Position numbers and translations under genes: made by a program. From NCBI GenBank assembly GCA_004431415.1, contig QPMI01000593.1, forward strand, positions 126,979 through 190,978: a DNA stretch of 64,000 nt, read 5' to 3'. This document shows, one piece after another, positions 1-10,914 of this stretch (its first letter is position 1; the number at the start of each line of letters is the position of its first letter). This DNA comes from Cyanophora paradoxa CCMP329. Its lineage: Eukaryota > Plantae > Glaucophyta. The notes below the pieces were generated by a model. That model made no database searches and was not told where the DNA came from. It saw nothing but the letters and a program-made list of their open reading frames with translations.

Positions 1-16
1 TTGAGCAAGTGGCACC

Positions 17-1558
17 ATGGGCGCTTCAGAATCCACCCCTGCTGGCCCTCCGAAGTTCAAGGTTAGCCAGCACCCGACGAGCTCGTTCTGCGCTGACGAA
101 CTTGCCTCCACTGACGCACTCTCGCGTGCGCAGATCGTGTACTTCCGTACGTGCTTCCGTGCCCAGCTCTGCTAGAACGAGCTGAAGCTTGAAACGTGCA
201 GCAATTCGCGGGCGTGCGGAGGCCGTTCGTCTCCTCCTGGAGGACCTCGAAGTGTGAGCGTCAGCGCCGCTTGACGACGCATGCGGCTCTGAGGCCCTGG
301 AGGCCATTTACCGCTTAGCTCTGACGCCATGCACAGGCCCTACGAGGTCGTAGCGCCGACCCCCGACTGTACGACTTTGCAGTGCCGCCGCTCTTCGGCA
401 GCTGCGCGCATGCTGAAATACGCACTTGTACAGGGCCGACGTACAAGAAGGCGCACACGGATGATGGCACTCTCGCCTTCGGTGCTCGCTTGCTTCTGCT
501 GAACGACCAACTTCTCGAATCTCTGACGCCGTTGTCCGCGCAGGTCAGCTCCCGCAGTTCATCGACGTCGATGGGGCGTCCTGGGTCCAGTCGGGCGCGA
601 TGCTGCGCATGTTGGCTCGCCGGCACAAGGTGATCGGCTCGACGGAAAAGCTGCAGATGATTGTAAGCAGTCTCTCCCCTCGCCCGCTCCGTCTGCGCAG
701 CCCCGCATGCAGGCCGCTGACTCCTTGTTGCGCTTGCGTACGCGCAGGCCGATGTCGCCGCCGACGGCGTGGAGGACATGCGGTGCGCCGCGCCGCGCTG
801 CCTTTCCGCCCTTTCGATCCGCCGACGCCGGCGCTGCGCTCTGTGCCCGCCCCTTCCTTCGACGGCAGCCGCGAGTACCTCAAGACCATCTACGGTCCGT
901 CGACGCCGCGCCTCGCCGCGCCGCGCTCCGCCCCCTTCGCCGACGCTCTCGCCGGTGCGCAGGCGACTACGACGGGACCATCGAGGCCCTCAAGAAGGAG
1001 GGCATGCCCAAGTGGTTCGTACCCCCTCCCTCGCCCCCTTCGTAGCCCGTACCCTCCCGATCTAAGCTCCGTGTACCCCCTCCCCCCGCAGGTACGGCCA
1101 CTTCGAGAACATGATCAAGCGCAACGGGGGCGAGTTCCTCGCGGGCGCGGAGATCACCTACGCCGTGCGCCGTCGCCCTAACATTCTTAAAACGGCTTTC
1201 TAGCGTTGGCTTCGAACTTCCGTGCATTTAGCGCGCGCCGCCGCCCTGCCTCTGATTCGCGCCCCCTTCTTCTCCCTCCTCCGCTGATCACAATTTGCGG
1301 TGCGGCCAGGACTACTCGCTCTTTGACATGCTGGAGAACTGGTCGCGCATCAACGCGCAGCACCTCGACGCCTTCCCCACGCTCAAGGCCTACCACGCCC
1401 GGTGCGCGCGCGCGGGCCAGGGGGGTCCGGGCCTCGGGCACGTGATTTGATCCGCGGCCCCGGCCCCTGACCGCAGCATGGCGGCGCGCCCGAAGATCGC
1501 GGCGTATCTCGCCAGCGGCCGGCGCCCCGACAAGGTCAACGGCAACACGCGTGGCTGA
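17..1558 (+). CDS. Glutathione S-transferase, Pi/Sigma-like, ~10 exons
   Basis: Spliced exons give KFK|IVYFP|IRGRAEAVRLLLEDLEV..FGQLPQF..VQSGAMLRMLARRH..FLAGAEITYADYSLFDML..FPTLKAYHAR..RPKIAAYLASGRRPDKVNGNTRG*. The N-terminal Tyr, GQLP, QSxAxLR and C-terminal NGN are typical of cytosolic Pi-type GSTs. Confidence 0.9.
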
Positions 1559-1925
1559 CCGCTCGACGCCAAGCTGCAGTGCATGACCGTCAGACTCCGC
1601 GCCACGCGTCTCTGGCCGCGGCCGGCCCCTCGTCAGGCTGCCCTCGGTTCGCCCGCATTCCGCAACGCGATCGTTTCTTCCGCACGTGCTTCTGTAGTAC
1701 AGACAAAGGCTAAGCATGATACTGCCGCATACCATACATGCCATAGTACGGAGCAACAAGAACAAGAACAAGCCACAAGCTTGCAATATTGAGGTCCGGC
1801 CCAACGTCGACGGTCGGATTACAGCTTGGCGTCTTGGCCCCTTCGCACCGCCGAGATCGCGAACTCCAGCGCCTGCGAGCGCCGTCGGCGTTTAGGCCAA
1901 GGAGCCGGGGGGAGCTCGCGATCGA

Positions 1926-2160
1926 GGGGGGGGGGGGGGGGGGGGGGGGGCATCTTCGTCATGACGAACTCGGAAGCTGGCACAGCGTACGTATACCCGG
2001 TCCGACCGTAGCGACGTCGACGTCATTCGTCATAATGTCGAATCCCGTACCCTCAACGGGCGGGTCCCCCCCCTTCTCCCAGGCCGGCGCCGGCCCCGCA
2101 GGCCGAATCCCGTACCCTCAACGGGCGCCCCCTCCTCCCCCCCCCCCCCCCCCCCCCCCC
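1926..2160. repeat. G25...C24 inverted homopolymer pair enclosing a 24-bp direct repeat
   Basis: G run at 1926-1950 and C run at 2137-2160. CGAATCCCGTACCCTCAACGGGCG occurs at 2039-2062 and 2104-2127. Confidence 0.8.
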
Positions 2161-3763
2161 TTCCCCTCCCCCAGGCCCCCCGACTCGAGCTCGTTCGTAG
2201 TTCGCGCAACGCAATCGTACGTTCTACATGTGCAAAATATGCACGATACTGCACATACACAAAACCATAATAAAAAGGGCCACTGACTTGCCGTGCGCGT
2301 CAGTTGGGTCCGGGGAAGGGAATTTAACCTCGGCGAATCCAAAGATGTAGATCTAGATGCTAGAGAGCAGATCTAGAGACTTCGGCCGGCGGGCCGGAAA
2401 AGGAACAAAGCCGCTGAGCCTCGGAGCTGGAGGAAGAAACTTGAAATGCAGAATTTAAGGCGGCCATGCCAGGCGAGCTGTCTTCGAGGCCTACGCGAGC
2501 TCGAGCTCGAGGCTAGGCCAGATCTATATATATAGCTAGAGGTAGGTCGCGGGCCCCGGGCGCCGGGCCCGGGGCGCGGCCCGCGGCCGGCGGGCGGGGG
2601 ATGGCCATAGCTCGGGATGGCCATATGATCACAAATCGAACCTTATGTGCCTGCACGTGCACTTGACTCGGGGAGGCGCGCGGCCGAGGCTTGCAATTGC
2701 CTTGGAGGCTGGCCTCCGCGCGCGCGCGATCTGCATGCGCATGCGCGGGCAAAGCGCGCGCGATCTGCATGCGCGCGCGCGGTTGGAGCGGCTGTGGCGT
2801 GCGCGGCTGGCGCGCGCGGCTAGCGACATGTACAGCTGCAGCAGACTGCCAAGCGCTGAGAGCGCTATCCGATCATCGGATCGCGAGCTGTGCGGGAGTG
2901 AGCTCGAGAACTTCGGAAATCAAAGCGGCCGGGCGGGGCCGGCGGCGCGGGTGTAGGAAGTGGCAGGGGGGGCGCGGGCAGCGACGTCGACCGTCGGACT
3001 TGTTGCAACTAGCACGGCCGGTCGTGGCCATGAGCGCACGGCCGGCGTGCACGTGGCCCGCTTGCGCGCGTGGCCGGTGTGCGCGGCTGGCGCGGCTAGC
3101 TAGACCAACTGCCACGCGCGCGAGAGAGGCGTGACAGTTGAAGCCGCGGCCGGCGCCGAGCTGAAGAGGAAGCGCTGGGGGGAGGGAGAAAGCGGCCGGG
3201 GGGTACTTTAAGAGGTTTCGCAGGGTAAGTTAACGCACTCTCCAATGTGATTGGCTAGCGCACGCGGCGTCCTCCTACGCGACCGCGCACGCGTCCGGCC
3301 TCGCTCCCGCAGAACGGAATGTCGGGCATGATACGGGCAACAACCTCGAACTGGTCTGACTCGTACATCTGCTCCCTGTGCGTTGCTGGACCCGTTTTTG
3401 TCCCGGGTGTTGGTGCCTGTTCCTGGATCACCCTTTGGTCGGACGGGACCGGGAGACATGGTTTCGGGATCCCCTTGTGATGGGCTTTCAGGATATACCG
3501 CGCGGCCCGGGTTTTGCGGAGGTCGGGGAAATGGGATTTGGGGTAGGCCTAGGGTTGGGCCCGAGGGACAGGGACAGGGGAAGTGATTTTCCCTTCCCCA
3601 ATAATACAGAGTAACATGCTGAATCTATCCAGTACTAGAAACGTGGGGGCGCCCGTCCCCCGCTCAACACCGCGAGCCCTAGCTAGCTACATCGTACAAC
3701 GAATCCTCAACTAATCCTCGGGACAAGGTCCGCTTCGGAGAGCCTACTTGCAGAAGAGGGGGC

Positions 3764-6700
3764 CTACGCGAGGCAGAGGGCGAGGTCGTGGGAGGCCTCG
3801 ATCTTGCCGAAGGCGTCGGCGGCACGCGCCGTGTGGTGCCGCGCCGACTCCGCCGACGACGCCGCGTGCCGCGCGATCGCCAGGTGGCCCAGCCCGACCT
3901 GCTCGCGCGCGAATTGGAGGGTTGGTTAGCTAATTCGATGGGTTGGAGGGGAGTTGGGCGCCGCTCACCTCGCGGAGCATGCCGGCCTTCTCGGCGCCGC
4001 GTATGCAGAGCTTCCACTGCCGCTTGGCCTCCGCCAGGCGCCCCGACGACGCGTACAGCACCCCGAGCTGACGGAAAATGTGAGGGGGGGGGGATGATCC
4101 GGGGAGGGGTACGGGGCGCACCCAGTACTCGGCGGGGGGGATGGCGACGGGGAGGAGGCGGCCGATGCCGAGGAGCCAGGAGACGAGGGTGCGGCAGGCC
4201 CACTCGAGGGCGTGCGCCTCGACGCCGGCGGGGAGCGCCTCGGGGGCCCGCGGGCGCGCCGCCGGCATCTCGCCCGAGGACGCCCCGGCGGCGGCGGCGC
4301 GCTGGGCCGAGGAGGCGAGGAGGGGCGTGAGGAGGACCTCGGCGAGGGCGGAGAGGGGAGGAGGCCCCAGCCGGCGGTGGCCGCCCACGGGAAGGCCTCC
4401 GCCGGCCAGCCGCCGGCCGCCGCCGCCCGCGCCACGGCCCCCGCGACGTCGCGCGGCGCCGGCTCTACCTCGAGCCCGCGGCCGGCCGCGCCCCGCCGCC
4501 GCCCGGCGGCGGCAGCGGCGCCGCTCCCGCCGGGCGCCGTCCGACGGCAGCCGCCGCAGCAGAGGAAGCCGCCCCGCACCGACGCGTCCTCCTCGGGGCC
4601 GGCGGGCCGGCGGGGGCGGGGCGCCGGCCGCCGGGCGCGCGCGGCGGTCGCGGCGGGGTCGAGCTGCGCGGCGAGGGCGCCGACGGCGGCCACGGCGAGG
4701 GCGACGGCCGCGGCGGCGTCGCCGCTGCGGTGCGCGATGAGCGCTCTGAGGGCGTCCGCGTGGCTCAGGGCCGCCGCCGGCGCCGGCGCCTCGCTCCCGG
4801 GCCCCCCGCCGCCGCCTCGTCGGGCGCCAGCGCGGCGGGGTACGAGGCGACGGGGCGGGTGCCGGCCGGCGAGCCGCGCCCGAAGAGCGCCTCGGCCGAC
4901 TGGAGGAGCGAGGAGGCCTCCTCGAGGCGGCCCCGGGGCAGCTGGCAGTGCACCTGGACCAGGCAGGCCCGAAAGGCGGCCGCGGGGTCGCCCCGCAGTC
5001 GCGCCGAGGCGGCGACCTCCTCCGCCGCGAGCGAGGCGCGCGCGTAGCCGCCCGTGGCAAGGTCGGCGAGGGCGCCGACGCAGAGGGACTCCTCCCGCCG
5101 CACGCGGTCGCACTGCGCCTCGAAGAGCGCGGCCGAGGCGATCGCCGCCTCCGCCGCCTCCCGGAAGCGCGCGTTCGCGATCGCAAAGGAGGCGGCGGCG
5201 AGGGCGGCGGCGGCGGCGCCGTCGGCGTCGGCGGGGCGAGGGCGCCGGGGCCGGGAGCGGGGCGCGGTGGGCACGGGCGGCGGGACGAGGCCCCGCATCT
5301 GCGGGTCCCACGGGTCCCGGGGCAGCTCGCGGCCGGGCGGGTCGGAGGACGGGAGGGGCGCCCCGGGTCGTAGGGCCCGCAGGCCCGCCGGGCGCGGGCG
5401 GCAAGGAGGTACGGGAGGCGCCTGGCGCGGGGCAGGAGCGAGGGGAGGGAGGGGCCAGGAACAGCGCGGCGGCCGAGGCGGCCGAGAGGGCGCGGGCGGC
5501 CTCGCCGCGGGCCGAGGCGGGGCCGGCGCGGAGGGCGAGCTGCGCGGCGCGCAGCGCGGCGTGCGCCCCCTCCCGCTGCGAGGCGGAGGGTTAGAAGAGA
5601 AGAAAGCGGGCGGGGCGGGCGGGGCGGACCGGGTCGCCCGAGTGGAAGCAGAGGGCGGCGAGGCGGCCGTAGAGGCGTGCGCCCTCGGCGCAGGCGGCGG
5701 CGTCCCCCGCGCCGGCGGCGGCGTCGGCGGGCGGCGGGGCGTCCCCCGAGTCGAGCCAGGCGCCGCCGCGGAGGCCGGCGCGGAGCCAGAGGAGGGCCGT
5801 GGCGGCGCGCAGGGGCAGTCCGTCCGCGGGCGGGCGCCGTGCCCCGCGAGGCGGAGGGCGCGCCGCAGGGCCGCCGCCGCCTCCCGCGCCTGTCCGACGC
5901 GCAGGAGCGACTCGGACAGGGCCGCCTCCCACGCCCACGCCGCCGGCGGCGCCCCGGCCGGCGCCTCCGAGGCGGCCGAGGGCGCCGGCCAGCGCCAGAG
6001 CTCGCGCGCCGGCGCCGCCGCGGGGAGGCCGCTCAGGTGGAGCAGGCGGGCGTACAGCGGCGCCGCCTCGCCGTGGGCCCCGCAGCGGCGCGCGGCGGCG
6101 GCGGCGCGCTCCGCGTGGACCAGGGCGAGGGCGCGGGACCGCTGGAGGCGCTGAGGGTCCCGCTCGAGCCCGCCCTCCTCTTGCCCCAGGGCCGCCCGCG
6201 GCGTCGGCGGGGCGCTCCCCGCGGCGCGCCGGGCGGCGAAGGCGCCCACGCGTGGCACCAGTGGAGGTGCATGGCGCAGGCGTCGGGCGCCGGCTCGGCG
6301 CCCTTGCGCAGCTCCAGAAAAGCAGCCGAGGCGGCGTGCAGCTCGCCGCGCCGCGCCGCGTCGATGCGGCCGTACGCCGCCGCCCACACGCACTCGTGCC
6401 GGAATCCGTAAAGGGCCGGCGGCGCCGCCGGCGGCGCGTCCGCGCGCCCGCCCCGCGCCTTCGGCTGGCCCCCTGGCCCGCCGTGGCGGGCCCGTCCCCC
6501 GCGGCGCCGCCGGGGCGTCGCCGGGCCCGGGGCCGGGGCGCCCGGGGCCGGGCCGGGGCGCGGGCGCCACGAGGTCGGCCTGCAGGAGGGCCGCCAGGTG
6601 GTCGTAGGCCAGGGCCCGGTCCTTCTCCGTGCGCGCGCCCAGCAGGTGGAAGAGGTGCTGGAGCGAGAAGGCCCAGCCGGCCACCGCCGCCGCCTCCAGC

Positions 6701-9700
6701 GCCGCCACCTCGGGGGCCGCCAGCCGCCGGATGCGCGCCTCGGCCGCCGCCTCCAGCGTCGCCGGGAGCTCGCCCACCTCGCGCGGCAGCGGCGCGCCCT
6801 CCGGCAGCTGCGAGCGCCTCAGCGTCCCACCCGAACCCAAGCAAGAAGATGGACGGCGGACCTCGAGGAGCTTTTTGAGGTCGGGGAGCGTGTCGCGGAG
6901 GTGGAAGGCGATGAGCTCGGCCAGGAGGGCGACGCCGCCGCTGGCCGCCCAGACCGCCGAGCCGAGGGCCCCCGGGACGCGCGGGACCTGCAGGCGCAGC
7001 GCCACCAGCGAAGCGGTGTCCGCCAGCGGCAGCGCCGGCAGCCGCACGGCCGCCACGTCCCGCCCGTGCTGCCGCCGGCGCGTCAGAGGAGGAGGAGGAG
7101 GAGGAGGAGCGCGGGCGGCGCACGAGGGTGAGGGAGGCGGCGGCGCGGCCGAGGGGCGAGCGGCGGCCCGGGGCGGTCTCGCCGAGGACCGGCCGGCGCG
7201 TGGCGACGACCGCGAGTAGGGCGCCGCAGCGCTTGAGTGCGGCCTCGAGGAGGGCGGCCGAGGGCCCGTCCAGGCGGGAGGCGTCCCCGTCGAGCAGGAC
7301 GAGCAGCGGGGCGTCCGCAGAGGCGTGCTCGAGGAGCCGCACGGCCGCCTCGCGCGCCGCGTCCTCCCGCGCCTCGCGGCGCATGCCCCGCGTGAACTCG
7401 GACTCCTCCGCCTCGGCCAGATCGGGCGGGAGGAGGTCCGCCAGCAGCGGGGCGAGGCGCCAGAGGTCCGGGTTCGCGCGGAAGAACTCGCTCTCCGGCA
7501 CGAAGAGCGGCCGCGGCGCCCGCTCCCGCTCCCGCTCCCGCTCGCGGTCCCGGTCACCGGGGGCCGCCTCGACGGACAGGTCGACCACGGTGCTGAGGGC
7601 GCCGTGGCCGGCGGCGCGGGGCGGCGCGGCGGCGGCCTCCTCGGCCCCGCAGAGGGCGGCCAGGTCGGCCAGGGCGCCGGTGAAGGCGGGGAGGGCGAGG
7701 AGCTGGCGGAAGACGGCGCGCCAGGGGCCGTAGGGCGCCGGCGGGAGCCGCACGGCGCTGGCTGAGGTCCAAGGCGGGCAGGCGGGCGGGGCCGGGGGGA
7801 GCTCGCCCCGCGCGCAGCGCTGGAGGAGCGCGCCGGCGAGGCGGCCGAGCTCGTCGAGGAGGCGGGTCTTGCCGGAGCCCTCGGGGCCCTCGACGAGGAC
7901 GAGGCCGCCCCGCCCGCCCCGCAGCAGCGCCGCCAGGTGCTCCCCAGCGCCGCCGACTCGCCGGCGCGCCCGACGAGGCGCTCCTTCGGGGGCGGGCCCG
8001 CCACCTCCACCGTCGCCGCGTGCCAGAGCGCCCGGTGGCACACCGTCTCGCTGTGCAGCCGGCCCCGCACCGCCGCCGCCCCGTCCCCCGCGTCCGGGAT
8101 CGACGCCTGCTCGAAGCGCACGGCGCTCCCGGCGCCCACGCGCGTCGCCTCGTCGCAGAGCACCTGCGCGCGGGCGCCGGGCTTAGGGGCGGGCGGCGGG
8201 GCCATGAAACGGCTGCCGCTTGCGGGGCCGCACCTCGTCACGGGACGCCTCGAGTAGGCGCGAGGCGAGGGCGACGGCGCGGCCGACGAGCCCGTAGGAG
8301 CGGCGCAGGTCCGTGCCCACCGGGAACTGAGCGACGAGGCCCGTCCCGACGCCGGCCGAGGCCCTGCCGCGCGCTTCAGTCGCGGGCGGGGGCGGGCGGG
8401 CGGGCGGGCGGCGCTGGACACTGCGCCGCACCGCATGCCGATGTCCCGGAGGCGCTGGCGAGCCTCAAGGACCGCGCCGACGGCGCGCGCGGCCTGCGCG
8501 CGGGCGCCGGAGTCAGGGAACGGGAGAGGGGAGCGGCCGCCCGGGTGAGTCGGGCGCACGGGGGACTGCAGGCGCCCCTGGCGCGCCGAGTGCGGGCCGT
8601 CGCCGCCGCCCGCGAACGGGAGGAAGACCGACTTGGCGTGCGTCTGAGGCGAGCGCGTCTGAGCCAGGAAAGGAAATCAAAGGAAAGGAAAGGAAAGAAG
8701 GGGGGGACCTCGGGAGAGACGGAGCGGAAGTCGTTCCCGAACTCGTCGCCCTGCCTCGGCGCTGAGCGGGGGGCAGAGGATGAGGAGAAGGGAGGGGCGG
8801 GGCACCTCGACCTCCATGGAGTCGTCCACCGCCAGGCCCGAGGGCGACGGCGAGTGGGGGACCTGCGCCGGCGCGCGCGGGAGAGTGAGCGGAGCGCGGG
8901 CCGCCCTGTGCACGCGGGGTGGGCGGACCGGGGAGATGTGCGCGAAGGGGTGGTGCCCCGAGCCCGGGGCGAACGGGATGCCGGGGGTGCGCCCGTGCAG
9001 CTCGAAGCTGCGCGCGGGGCCGGTCCGTGAGCCGCGCGGGGCGGGCGGCCGGGGCAGGAGGAGGGCAGGCGCGCCTGGCCACAAGGAACCCGTCCCCGTT
9101 CGGATCGACCGAGAAGGATCGCATCGTCCCGTCGTAGTGCTCGAGCGCGCTGCGGAGGAGGTGTGAGCGGTTGGACGGGGCCGGCGGGGCGGCCGGCGAG
9201 GCGGGAACCTGTGGACGGCGCGCAGGGCGGCCTCGGCGGAGAGAGCGGCCTCACGGGCGAAGCGCTGGTCCCCAGACGCGAGGGCCTCGTGGAGCGAGGG
9301 TGGGTGGCACGAGACGCGCAGGTAGACCACAGAGGTCAGGGAGCCCTCGGCCGCCCAGCTCTGCAGCGGCGCCAGCGACGCGGCCGACGCGGCGCGCGCC
9401 ATGAACACCGCCGGCATGTACGGCCGGAGCGCGCGCCCCAGGTGCGGCGCGTCCCGGGCGTTGGGCGGGTAGAGATCGGCGGGGAAAGGCGGCGCGGGGT
9501 GGAGGAAGGCAGATGGAAGAACGGAGTCAACGTGGAAGTGCCCCCCGTGGCCCGAGCGGCCGGAGAAGAAGGAAAGGGCTGACAGGACGCCCCACGCCCG
9601 CGAACAGACGACGAGGCCGCCGGCCGGCGGGGTCGGCGCGCGGCGCGGCGACGCCGGTTTCGAAGAGGAGGAAGGCTGCACAGAGGCGGTGTGGTAGAGC

Positions 9701-10427
9701 GGATCGCCTTCGTCGTCCAGCGCCTTCGGGAAAGGCGCGGAGGGCTCCGGGTGCGGGAAGCCCATCTGGTGCAAGCGCGCCAGCGGATCTCCCGCGAGGA
9801 TAGCCACACGGCGGTCCCCGTCTGCATCCAAGTCCACGACGGAGAGCGGCCCGAAGGAGAGACCGATCCAGACTCCGAGCGAGACGCCCGGGGCGAGATC
9901 GAAGCGGGGGTGGCATTCCCGAAGCACGGCCGCGCACGCCCCTGCACGTTCGATGAGCCTCGCTGAGATCTCGTCTCCCCCTCCACGCTGCACTGCACGC
10001 TCCGCCCAGAGAGCCGTCACAGTCCCGTGCGAAAGAGCTGCCGAAGGGGGCGGCGGTAAGAAGGCGTCAGATAGTCGGGAAAGACCTCGCCGCACCGTCC
10101 AGGGACCAAACGTCCGCGCCCCACTGCTGGAGGGTCGAAACGAAGTCTCCGAACAGTGCATTGAGTGCGGCCCGAGCGGCGTCCAGGTGAACGCCACGAG
10201 AAAGCTTATCTGCAGGGGCAAATGCGTCTAGAGCTGCTGACAAGCCAGGGATCTCGACGTGAAGCACGGCCGCCGCAAGCGCCGCATCGCTACACCAGAA
10301 CCGCAAGACGGGGCCGCACGTCAGCCCCGAGTCGAAAGGGCCAGGCAAGAGCTACGCACCACGTGCAGTTCACCTCCAGCTGCCTGCATAAGAGCTGCGG
10401 CAAGTGTGCCGCAAGGAGGGGCGACAT
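3764..10427 (-). CDS. Soluble adenylyl cyclase-like (ADCY10 architecture: two class III cyclase domains, AAA/P-loop, TPR-like tail), catalytically degenerate; multi-exon
   Basis: MSPLLAAHLP..AAVLHVEIPGLS..GADVWSLDG; LGVWIGLSFG..RRVAILAGDPL; LRPYMPAV..SWAAEGSLTSVVY; SAGVGTG..RRSYGLVGRAVALASRLL..VLCDEAT; LVGRAGE; Walker A EGPEGSGKTRLL; ASGGVALLAE. A few apparent frameshifts fall in GC runs. Confidence 0.8.
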
Positions 10428-10914
10428 CGGGGCCGATTCGCCGTCGTGCTGTGCACCGCTACAGCGATCTCATGGCCGCTATTTACTTCGCTTTGGGCCA
10501 CCTAGCGGGTGGCAGCGCGCACTGGCCGGCAGCAGGCTGCACGCTAGGGGGGTACGCATGCGCCGCTATTGGCCTCCGGATCCGATGCGCTTGCAAGTTG
10601 CACCTGTTGCAAGCTCGTGCCGAGCACTGCCGATCGAAAAAGCTTTAAGTGGCGATGTCCGTTGCCAAAAGCTTTATGTTGCACTTGAGCTTTCCGGATC
10701 CGTCGGCTGAGCTCGAGAAGATCGAACCATCGCCCTCTAGATCTCCGTGATTTATGAGCCGCTGCTCAGCGTCTGCTGATTATCAAAGTATGAAACTGCT
10801 CGTATTGTGCAAATTCGTAACCTACAACTCCCCTCGCAGAAAAAAAAGCGGGGAGCACTAATAGCTACAGATCTAGACGCGCGGGCATTGGAAAAAAAGA
10901 GGGAGGGGCGCAGG

